DNA of 63,170 nucleotides, the filler included, from Choristocarpus tenellus KU-1152 (lineage: Eukaryota > Protista > Phaeophyceae), in assembly GCA_964200185.2 (NCBI GenBank). It is 15 parts of 15 records of this genome, joined end to end, with 100 filler letters (N's around TTAATTAATTAA, not from the genome) between each part and the next. Parts side by side here need not be neighbours in the genome. Positions count along the whole stretch, not along the records: positions 35,757 to 41,284 come from CAXNAD020010517.1; positions 41,385 to 45,900 come from CAXNAD020014199.1; positions 46,001 to 50,578 come from CAXNAD020013932.1; 12 more parts are not named here. The stretch is one strand, 5' to 3'. The notes under the pieces were generated by a model. It made no database searches. It worked only from the letters and a program-made list of their open reading frames with translations, and was not told where the DNA came from. The translations under genes were made by a program, and so were the position numbers. Shown in pieces: positions 39,717-50,570 of the stretch; positions within the stretch are counted from its first letter, which is position 1; the number at the start of each line of letters is the position of its first letter.

Positions 39717-40250
39717 TCATATTGGGTCTTACAATACAGATGAACAGCTGAGTAAAGATGTAGATGTAGTAGTAGTAGCGGTGTTAGTACTTTGCACGCA
39801 CGATGCATGGGACAAAATACACACGCCACAATATACGTACGTATTACAAAAAAATTGCATACCTCTCCCAAAACGGAACATTAAAAACGTTTACTGCACA
39901 GAATGCATTGTGTGTGGTGGTAGTGGTACATGACATGCTACTACAGTCACTCAGACATACGCCTTTCAAAACACACACCACATACACGTACTACACACAA
40001 CTTCACTCCAACCACCAACAAGAATCTTGCATCATAAATCATGTACTAAGTACAACTCAATTTTGAAGATTGATGTACAGATCTCAATACATAGGGTTAG
40101 AGATAGGGATAGTATAAATAATTTGTCTCTACACGCCAAGAGAAGATAATCCTTTGTAAACAAGAGATACCCACTTTTTGTCCGTTTTGCTTTATAAGCC
40201 AGTTTTTCAATTTCTTGCAATTCACCCATACTTCTATCGGTGAAGTGCTA

Positions 40251-40620
40251 TGTTCGACTTGAGAGGATTGATTTCTCTATTGATTGTTTGAAATTTTCGA
40301 CACCAATAATCGGAAAGTATCATTGATTATTGGCAAAAAAGCCCGAAACTTGGACCTATATGCCAGCATCCTTTATCTGCAACTCTGGGTTCTCTCGTTT
40401 ACTTTGACTAAGTACTGAGTTGTCCCTAGAGCATCAGTTCGACTTGAGAGGGTTGATTTCTCTATTATTGTTTGAAATATTTCGACACCAATCGGAAAGT
40501 ATACTATACGCATTATTAGTAAAAAGCCCGAAATTTGGACCTATTTGCCAGCATCCTTTGAATGCAACTCAGGGTTCTATCGTTTACTTCACTCAGTGAG
40601 TTAGTTGTCCCTAGAGCATC
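40251..40620 (+). repeat. Tandem dimer (~185 bp units) of the dispersed GTTCGACTTGA repeat family; related copies near 45181, 30730 and 40990 (reverse)
   Basis: Both units start GTTCGACTTGAGAGG.TTGATTTCTCTATT and end GTTGTCCCTAGAGCATC. Confidence 0.9.
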
Positions 40621-41489
40621 TTCACATACATGTACAAATCTTACCTTATGATTTGATGGGAGAAAACATCGCGTTCAAATCTTACCTTGTGAACATGGCA
40701 AACATTTTATTTGAGTGCAAATCTTAGTAGTAGGGAAAAACTACTAAAATTACGTCAGTACTTGACTGTTGTTCTATGATAGATAGTATTAACAATATTA
40801 CCCCCTTTCAACTCGATACGTTCTGGAAACCGGACTACTGACAATATATTACTTGATTGGTTTCCCCCCTGACACATCTGCAAAATATCAGAGGGAATAA
40901 TAATAATATATATTACTTAGGGTCTCTGAAATTTTGCGGATGTGATGTACTGAGCCAAAGTAAATGAGATGTACGCAGAGTTGTTGCATTTACAAAAAAT
41001 ATGTGCGAAATTCGTTTTTTTTTACAAATAATGTGTATTATTAGAACTGTTCTGAATCCTATGGAAAATTCTCTAACAATAACAGGGGATTCTCAAAATT
41101 GAGGATGGAGCGGGACTATGAGTATGGTTGTTCTGCGAAAACGGTCTTAAAAAAGTACCGAAAGGTTTTTTTTGTATTTGCACTTAAAAGGGCCCCTTTT
41201 ATGACCTTTTTTTGGAAATGTTTCGGCACTTTTTAAGGGTCCGGATATATTTTTGTTCAAATACTACGGTACTTTTTGTAGAAGNNNNNNNNNNNNNNNN
41301 NNNNNNNNNNNNNNNNNNNNNNNNNNNNTTAATTAATTAANNNNNNNNNNNNNNNNNNNNNNNNNNNNNNNNNNNNNNNNNNNNTTTATTATTGTATTCA
41401 TTGTTATTTATTTTGTGGATTTTTTTTACCGTCTCACCACAACCCCCCCCCCCCTCCCCTTTTTTTTTCCTTCTTTACTCTGTGTGAAG

Positions 41490-41615
41490 GTGCTTGGATC
41501 GGGACTACCTGGTCCTGAAGACCTTCCTTTTGGAGCGGTTCCTTCACGACTTCGTCTTCGAGTCGATATCACCAAACACTGTCCGGGACTTCTTGGGAGT
41601 GCTGTAATCTGGGAG
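41490..41615 (+). CDS. Internal exon of an unknown protein
   Basis: Polypyrimidine tract + AG, 42 codons VLGSGLPGPEDLPFGAVPSRLRLRVDITKHCPGLLGSAVIWE, GT donor. Confidence 0.55.
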
Positions 41616-44600
41616 GTGTTTCTAACACACACACACCCTTTCTCCCCTTCTATAGCCCTAGGAAAGAGAGGAAGAATTCCCTTTCAGGGTGGCGAGTCTG
41701 TATAGATAGAACCGTTCTGAAAATATCGAGTAAAGAGAGTTGGTGCAGTGTAGGTAGACGCGTGCGGATTGGTGTATGGTGCGTCTTAACTGTTTAGCTC
41801 CCTTCTGCCTGTAGACCGTTAAAATGGTCGTGGGGGGTAGCAGTAGGTATATTAGGTATGGTGAACATATGCGTGGGTCGCAAGGAAGGCTTTTCTGTCT
41901 TACTCTCTCCCTCTCATCTCGAAGACATTTCATTCCCAACATATTTTTAATATTGGTTGCGGGATGGATGCGGGATGTAGGTTGGTGTGGACATAGATGC
42001 GGGTGTTGGGAGGGAGGGCTTCCTTACTCGAGAGCCAATAAAGAAGCAGAGGAAGAGCCCTCCCCTGACCATTGCTTGAAAGTTTTTGAGAGAATTCATT
42101 GTATGGTGTGTGATAACAAGGTGATGTCTGGAGTCACGTGTGTATTTCTGGTGCGTGTGTGTGTCTATGTGCGCGCGCGCGCGTGTGTGTATGTCTATGT
42201 CTATGTGTGTGTGTATGTGTGTGTGTGCGTGTGTGTGTTGGTTGCTTTTTCCTGGTGCATAGGCATTAATTGCACGCACTTGAGGAGTTGATGTAAATGG
42301 TGAGTTGATTGAGAAGGCGATGGCAGGTAAGGGAGGGAATGGAGGGAGGGCATAGATGCACTGTTGTGATGCTGATTGCATACACAGCAGAAAACATTTT
42401 TTCCTATGGAAAGATGTAGGATGTGTTTGTTTTTTTTGCTTACGGTGTGGTGAGTGAGGTAAGGGGCCCTTGCTTGCTTGCAGCATGGACTGCAACATGT
42501 TAGAGGCAGCAGCTTTTGCTTGCAGAGTCTGCATAGGAAGGGCTGGAATGACAAGATCTGTTCCCCCTCGAGAAGGGATGGGTAAAGTACATTTTTTTTT
42601 GTATGTAGAGGGGGAAACGGATTTTCGTGTCATGCTCACAAAGGGGTAAATGAGGAGGATGGTACTGGTGTAACCTTGGAGTAAGGAGGTTAGCCCCAAC
42701 CCTTACAGCACATCGCCTTTCGATGTGCCATGCACATAGTGGTAGATGTTGAAGTCGTGCGGTCCCGGTTGCTTTGCTGACAGAAAAAAAGCGATAGTTG
42801 TGAAGGTTGACCCGACTGACTGGCCTTTGTCGATTTTTTTTGTTGTTGAGTAGGTAATTCACACATCAACTGAGAGGAAGGGGGGGGGTGGGGATTGGAT
42901 ATACCTGTAGTTGTTCTTGGTGATGGTTTTTTGTGGCGATTTGTGGAACAGTTTGTGGCGTTTTTCTTGTTCTGATTTGCGCGTTTTAAGATATAAGTTT
43001 TTGTTTGTTTGTTTTTAAATGCGAAAAAAAACGGCGAGCAAATAAATGTATGCAGGGTGGAAAATGCTGAGAGTGAAACACGACCGCGGTGGGGGGTGGT
43101 TGGCATATTTTTTAGTGCTGATGGCATCAGCCTAGCTGACCTGTGTGTGTAGCTAGCTAAGCGTAGGGGTTATATCATGGAGCGCTGCCTTTTGTGGGCG
43201 CTGTTTTTTATCTCTTTTCTTGTGGCTGTGTGCACAATTGGTGGAGCAGGGAAAGGGGTAGAGGCAGGAAGCACGTGGAGCTTGCAGGACCTCGATTATA
43301 TCAAGACATATCGTTCCTCTACCTCCGCCGCTTGCCTAGTTGCTTGCTGGTCTCCCTTTCCGTGTACGATTGTTTTAGCATATATTGAGTTTTTCTTGCT
43401 TTCCAAACCTTTTCTGTTTGTAGTATGTCTCTTCTTTTGTTTCATTCCATCCACTTTGTTCATCCACCTCTCCCTGGTGTGTGTTCAACTGTACATGGAT
43501 GGGTGCTTTCATCATTATGCCGAATGCTAAAATAAAGTTTGGCTGTTTTATACAGTATTTTGCGAATGGGGAGGGTGGATATGAGGGGCAATTGGTCAGT
43601 GGTCCAAGTGGACCGGAAACCCACCTGTCTGTCAGGCAGGAGTGTGTTGTCATTCAATGTTAGTAGTCTTGTTGGTTGTCGTGGGAGGACTACTACTGGC
43701 AACCAAGTGGTGTGATATTATTGATAGACAGGCAGGGTGCACAGCCTGGTTGTCCTAACCCTATAACAGAGGAAGATAGAGGGGGTGTAGTTCAATTTTG
43801 AGGCGCCAATTTTCATGGGGAAAGAAGGCTTGAGAGGGATAAAGGTGGGGGGTGGGTTCATATCATGGTGGGGGCAGCCCAGCCAACCCAAGATGTTTTC
43901 TTTTTTTTAAGATGCAGCCTGGAGGAGCGCAAGAAGCTGATTATTACAGCTTAATTGTTATTATCAATCAAAATACACAGTAAGTAGCCTTTTAGAAAAT
44001 GGTACATGTTACGAGATAATAAGAATTCCCCATTTTATACATATTTCTGTCTTTCGACATGCACTCCAACGTCCATACATACTACTTACTTCCATACTAG
44101 GATTACGTGTTATCATCCATGAAAGGCCAGTGAGTGAAGAGTGATTGGTTGTTACACGAACGACTAACTACCCTTTCGAAACTTCGTAGGATCAAAAATA
44201 TGAAGAAGAAAATAGAAATAGTAATGTTGCTGTCTCCGTCCAGTTAGTATCAATCATGACTGGCTGACAGTATTCGACTTAATTTTGTGAATTATTGATT
44301 ATATCTTAAAACCTGTCCAACACGAAATCCAATGCCCCCTTCTGCAATGGGCACCAAGTGTGATGATGTGTGCCCTAAAACACCCACCCCCCTTCCCACC
44401 ATTGTTTCCCCAAGAACCCCAAGAACAGGACCCTATTTGCCAAATAGTATGCATTATAGACAATTTATTTGGGGTTGATGAGACAGAAGTCAAATAAAAA
44501 AAGGAGCAACAGTTTGTTGCTGCAATGCATACATATATATATGTATGTGTGTGCATGTCATTTTTTGGGCGCCTATCACATGGGAAACACACCATCCATG

Positions 44601-45323
44601 CTCCATCGATAGTTAATATGAACAAATAGTAAATAAGAGTTCTTCTGGTTGATTCCGTATCATGTCCTGTATGTTCGTGTGCTCTTGGATACAATGAGGA
44701 AGGGGGAGGTGGTGTTGCAGGGAAGGGGCACACGCATACTTTCTGCCTTGCTTAGTAGATGCTATTGTCCCAAACCTACCTGTTGGAGGGAGACCCATCA
44801 TACTATATTGTACCTTCAATCCTTTATTCGGGATGCACGTTCATGAATATAGTGATTGGGCAGTGCGTGTGTGCCCTATTCACATCATGATGGCGTCATC
44901 GTGCATGTTGATGATGGGGTGGTGTCTGTGCCCTCCTGACTGTCGTGCTATAAGCACAATATTAACATACTAGTAGTAGTCGATAAACAAGAACATGCCG
45001 CCAATTCAGGACTGCAAGTAGTAGTCATCCTTGCAAGCTGAAATTGGGCTGTTGCCGTCAATAATAATAGTGGTAGTGAGTCAAAGTAAAAGAGAGGTAA
45101 CCGGGTTTTTGTCGTTTTGCATTCAAAGTGTTTTTTTAATTTTTGGCAATTCACCCATATTTTCATGGATGGAGTACTAAGTTCGACTTGACAGCATTGA
45201 TTTCTCTATTGTTTGACACTTTTGACCGAATTCAGAAAATTTCTTACTTGCATTTGTAAAAAAAGTCGAACTTTGCACATATTTGTCAGCATCCTTAAAA
45301 AGCAACTCGTCTACTTTGACTCA

Positions 45324-45577
45324 GAGTCAAACCAATTGAGAGGCAGGCAAGGTTGCATTTTCAAGATCCCCAAAAGGCAAAAGAAACCATTCTGTACAAT
45401 TGCAGAGAGAGCCTTTGCTTGATTGTGGTGTCACTTTGGGTGTGGAAAGGGGAATATCAATTTTGCATCCACTATTGTGCACATAAAGCAATGAAGTAGA
45501 GTGATTGCACAGGGTAAGAAAGATGACTTAGAATGCAAAAGGTTCCAAACCTGTCTACCTCTCAATTGGTTTGACTC
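45324..45577. mobile_element. MITE family C (254 bp) with 3-bp TSD TCA
   Basis: Perfect 20-bp TIR GAGTCAAACCAATTGAGAGG / CCTCTCAATTGGTTTGACTC; TCA on both flanks; inserted into a GTTCGACTTGA-family repeat. Confidence 0.9.
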
Positions 45578-46000
45578 TCAGTAGTATTGAAGCAATGCAT
45601 TACCCTTTCAAATCCCTTGACGGTGTAATAATCATCATAACACTTGCTACCATCGTCGCAGTTGTAGTTTTAGGAAGGTGGACGTCCAACAATTAAAATT
45701 ACAGAAACGTTACGTGGAATAAGATGAAAGCAATATGTGTGTAATATGTACGGAATGAGAGTGTAAGGTAAAGTTGAAAAATGATTAATCGTGATGCTAT
45801 TAATAGTGCGGAACAGGTAGAATCGGCAAAAAGTCTCTTTGGATGAGGGAAGGGGGCCATATAACAGTCGATCACCAAAATTGAGGATGGAGCATACTAT
45901 NNNNNNNNNNNNNNNNNNNNNNNNNNNNNNNNNNNNNNNNNNNNTTAATTAATTAANNNNNNNNNNNNNNNNNNNNNNNNNNNNNNNNNNNNNNNNNNNN

Positions 46001-46569
46001 CCCCCACCCCCCTGCCTTTGGGAGGAAAGCCCCCTTTTGGGCCCCCGGGACAAACCGCCCCCCCCCCCCCCCCCCCCCCCCCCCCTCATTCTGACGCTAC
46101 TGTGATGGGGATTGACCTCTCCACCCCATACCAACTCCTGCATGCCTCAGGCGCATCAGCTCCGCCACCAAGACCTCCTATATTCGTGCGGCGTATCATT
46201 GATGCCGACAATTCGTGCCTATTTAATGCAGTTGGGTATTCCCTCCGAAGAACCAGAAAGGTCGGTGCAGAGCTTCGGAGATTGATTGTGGATGCCGTTC
46301 GTGGCAGCCCTGACTTCTACACTGAGGTGATCAGGGGGAGTGCGAGTGCGAGTGCCAAGTTGTAAAAAAAATATTTGTATATTATCTACTACTGTGGGGC
46401 TTGGAGGTGTGTCAGGGGGGGGGGGGGGGGGGGGGTGGAAACATGGAAGGGGAGGGCTAGGCGGGGGGGGGGTTTTCACTATTTGGAGGCCTCCAAAAGA
46501 GGTTTTNNNNNNNNNNGGGGGGGGGAGGGGGGGAGATGAATAATTAAAAAAAATTTTTTGTTTGGGTGT

Positions 46570-46624
<55 letters not shown>

Positions 46625-48615
46625 GAAACATTGAAGTGGAGAGCTAGGCTGATGGAGTGTTTTCACTATTTTGAGGCCTCCAAAATAGGCTTTTTTGGTA
46701 TTGTGGATGATGTGGGAGGTATCCCAGATATACGGCGGTAGCTTTGGTTGTTACTATGTTTTCTTAAGGCAGTAAGTGGAGCATCATTGTCTGAGTGAGA
46801 TACGTAGGATCAGTATGAGACCAGGGCCACATGGTAGGTGGTACGGGATTCACATAAACGAGACTTGCTTTATTTCGCTGTTGGATTGAGAGAGATTGCC
46901 ATTGAAGTGCAGCACTTTCATGTTCACAGCATGAAATCGAGGCTCCTGAATGGCATTCTGGATGAGAGGGGCACTTTGTGATGGCTGTGGATCAGTGCCG
47001 GGCAAAAGTGAGGGGGGGGGGGAGGGCGAGAGGGGCAGTACTTTTTTTTTTGTTAATTTAAGATTTATTTTTGCACTTTCTGTGTTGGTGATGAGAACGT
47101 AGGACAAGCTATTGATTCGCAGTATTCCATGAGAAAACTTGAAGAGTGTGAGAGTGGTAGGGTTTATCGCCGGTGAAATCCCAAAGCGTTTATTCGCTCG
47201 AGACAGGATCAGGAAAGGTCAGGCAACGTGCCAAGTGCAAGTAGGAACCCTCCCTCGTATAGGCGCCACGCCCCCTTCACCCCGCCCGCAGCAGAGATGC
47301 AAGACTTTTTCAAATCAAGGAGATTACGATTAACCCCTTGTCTTTTCCTGGTTGGTATTGTGCCCACCTCTTGGGTCTGTCCGATGGGTCTGCGCTAAAG
47401 GCCATGTTGGGCAAGGCTCCAGAAGAATACTGCTCTTGGATCATCAACCCCAGCAGCTGGGGAGGGGAGATCGAGCTATCCATTCTCAATAAGAAGGTAC
47501 GCCGTTAATTGTCTTTTTTTCCTCTTTGAGCATGAGGGCACCTGCCTCTCTGGGGTCCCTTCTGGTGATCATGAGCAAGGTTTTGCTTGCTCTCTATAAA
47601 ACTCTGGAAGATCTTGGAATTTCTTTGTAAGCGGTGATGAGGCTACAAGCACCTGCTGAAGATTTTTTTTTTGCTTTTTAAGAAGGTATGGAGACTTTCT
47701 TTCCGGGTGTGTAGAGACGTAAGGTGGATTGCTGGAAGTGCGATCTCTCCCAGCGTGAGCTGAACGCGTTTCCCTTTGTTGCTGTTGAAGGATGCGTTTG
47801 ATGCACCTCAGTAGTAATTGGAGGACTTTACGTGTTCGACTGATGGGGCCTGCTCCAGCTTCTCACGTTTTGAATTAGTGAAATATTTATATACCTTGCG
47901 CCACTTACCAAGGTTGTATACTCCAAAGTTGTTGTTGTTGTGGTTGTTGTTGAGGAGAGCCTTGAGGCGTCCTGTGGAATGGCCTTGAAGGAGAGATGAC
48001 TAAGGCGCCACCTCATCAACGTGGCATAGAGTTCTCACAATTAACCGGCACTGATGGCCCATGAATGCAAACGCACTGTCGTCTCTTGCGCAGAATAGAA
48101 TAGATTTAACAAAGCTTGCAGATATACATAGTGGGCACTGATAAGCCAATGTTATGTGAAGAGCCTGTACCTGCTTTGATCTGGTGTGGAGGACACGAAA
48201 ATGTCCAAAGTGCAAATCCCTTCATGCTAGATGTATTGAATTTGCCCACCTCGTGCTCCCTGTTTTCTTTTTATTTTAATTTCTTATTTAAGATACTGTG
48301 TGTGTTTTTGTGTTTGTGTTTTTTCCCTATGTATTATCCTCAATTGTTACTGTTTTATTTCTGTGATAAATTAACATACATGTAAGCGGTATGTACGATA
48401 ATTCTGCCGCTTGAACTTTGCAACCATATGGACAGGGTCCCATATTTCTTGTCCACTACCTCTTGTGTATCCTCCCCCCCCCCTCCCGCCCCACGGAAAG
48501 CTCGCAGTGGAGATAACAGCAGTGGACATAATGACTGGGAATACCTACACTTACGGGGAGGGACAGGGCTTGGATAGGCGTATCTTTGTGGTCTACGATG
48601 GAGTGCATTACGACG
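46001..48615 (+). CDS. OTU1/YOD1-family deubiquitinase, partial; exons ...-46326, 47401-47496, 48501-48615
   Basis: RRIIDADNSCLFNAV (catalytic Cys)...FYTE|AMLGKAPEEYCSWIINPSSWGGEIELSIL..|LAVEITAVD...VVYDGVHYD (catalytic His). Phases match. Confidence 0.93.
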
Positions 48616-48675
48616 GTGGGTAGGTATATATATATATTAATGAAAGACATTGAGTGCTTGCTATTGATTGTGGAG

Positions 48676-48925
48676 GTGAACCTTATCGTACCTCTTTTTG
48701 ACATGCGCAGTGGTCTTTTCCAGTAGCACAGCTGTTGATTATGTCGGAAACCTTACACCTCTTTTTGACATGCACAGTGGTCTTTTCCAGTACCCTGGCT
48801 GTTATGTAGGTGAACCTTGTACCTCTTTTCAACAGGCACAGTGGTCTTTTCCGGTGCTTGCTACTGATTATATAAGTGAACCTTGTACCTCTTTTTGACA
48901 GGTGCATTGGTCTTTTTCAGTACCC
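48676..48925. repeat. ~60-bp tandem repeat, 4 copies, intronic
   Basis: GTGAACCTTGTACCTCTTTTTGACA.GCACAGTGGTCTTTTCCAGTA repeated. Confidence 0.9.
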
Positions 48926-49493
48926 TTCTACTTTTTTTTGGTTCGCCTTTATTTTGACAATCTGTTTTTGAAACTGTCAAATGAAACATCTCTCTATAAT
49001 GTAGGCAGCAGGCCACTTTAAGCATGTGGCACATGTGTTGAGAGAGATAGGTAGATAATTGCAACCAAAATTGTCTGTCCTGATTTGGGCTGCTGATGGT
49101 CTCGTTTCGGATGGATGAGGGTGCCAGTTGTAGACCGCCTCCATCTCATTGTACTGGCAATGGTATTGGCCGTTGGAGTTTCTAGACTTGACATCTTGCA
49201 ATGCCTTCAATTGGTTGGGGCTTGGGTCATTTGGATATGTTGTAGCTGAGCGATATTTTCTTCATCACAGCAGCAGCGTAGGTGGGAAGTGCAGGGCTCT
49301 CTGTAGCGCAGTGCAAGTCTGTTCGTCTAGTTCGCTTTCACCTTTTATAGCGACTTAGGGTTAGGGAATGGGATTTACGGGTGGGGTTTGAGGAACCGCG
49401 ATCGAAAAACGCCATGCAAGGGTATGAAGTAGATTTCCTTGCCAGCTTTTTTTTTATTGCCTAGATCAAGTGTGGAGATTTTTTTTTTGTCTA

Positions 49494-49785
49494 GTGTGGT
49501 GTAGTGTAGTGCAGTGCAGTGTAGTAGAGTGTGCAGTGTGATGTAGTATAGTGCAGTGTAGTACAATATAGTGTAGTGTGAGGTAGTATAGTGCAGTGTA
49601 GTACAATATAGTGTAGTGTGATGTAGTATAGTGCAGTGTAGTACAATATAGTGTAGTGTGATGTAGTATAGTGCAGTGTAGTACAATATAGTGTAGTGTG
49701 ATGTATAGTGCAGTGTAGTACAATATAGTGTAGTGTGATGTAGTATAGTGCAGTGTAGTACAGTATAGTGTAGTGTGGCGTAGTA
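49494..49785. repeat. 40-bp higher-order minisatellite built from GTGTA-like pentamers
   Basis: GTGTAGTGTGATGTAGTATAGTGCAGTGTAGTACAATATA repeated about 6 times. Confidence 0.95.
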
Positions 49786-50405
49786 TACTCTGACTCTGTG
49801 TGTTGTGTGTGTTGTGTTGGACTGTTGGTGTGTGGAGGGTATGGAGGTTACCTCCCCGCTGCATGTGATCGTGATGATACTAGCAATGTAGTTGCCCCCA
49901 ATTTGCCTCAATTTCCAAGTGTGGATATCCCTGTTCACTTCCCACCTTACAGTTATGTGAGTTGATTTTGTAGTGCCGTGTGGTGTATGTAGGCTCTGTC
50001 CTATTCTATTTTTGACAGGAGGTTGACTTTTAAATGTGTTATTTTTTTTTATTATTAATACTTGCCGTCTATTGGTCCTAATTTTCCTCCTGGGGGTGAA
50101 TTTGGTATGCTCTGCTAATACTACCATGGTTTGTTAATGTTTGCCATAAAAAACACGAGTTCTTGCATAGATATGTCCAGCTGCTGGTAATGAAACGATT
50201 TTTGGCAAAGGTCTCTTCCCTTTTTGAAATGATTGATATGTGTGGGATTAAACAGCCGCTGTAATGGTTGTAAGTTCAATTTAAGAGGTAGAAAAACCCT
50301 GAACTTGATGTTCCAAATTTTGATCCCCAGTGGCATTAGTGCGATTCTTCTTCCCTCTACTTTAGGGCAGGGAGAACTCAGCAAAATCAGTACTTGAAGG
50401 TAAAA

Positions 50406-50570
50406 GGCTCAAAGTATCTGGGGGGGGTGGCGGCTGTCCATTTGGGGACATTTTTTTATGTTGCGATTTTTAGGTGATTTGGTTGTTAACGTCAGATGGA
50501 TAATATAAATGCACATTTCCTGATTTTGGTCCAAATGGACTCCCTCGTGAAGATGAACCTTTCCCCCGCC
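50406..50570 (+). mobile_element. MITE family A, 3'-degenerate copy near contig end
   Basis: GGCTCAAAGTATCTGGGGGGGGTGGCGGCTGTCCATTTGG... Confidence 0.85.

Noticed and set aside
40251-40262. GTTCGA as a tRNA T-loop or Pol III B-box
   Set aside because: No cloverleaf or upstream A-box; it is the start of a dispersed repeat.
41947-42699. 250-aa minus-strand ORF
   Set aside because: Runs through (CA)n microsatellites; no recognisable domain or splice support.
46500-46625. Long poly-G tract as a G-quadruplex element
   Set aside because: Next to an N gap with partly duplicated flanks; the length is probably a sequencing or assembly artefact.
48676-48925. Repeat-spacer-like array
   Set aside because: The variable parts are homologous to each other; it is a degenerate tandem repeat.
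49375-50127. 250-aa ORF rich in TLHY/YCT
   Set aside because: Reading frame through a pentamer-based minisatellite.
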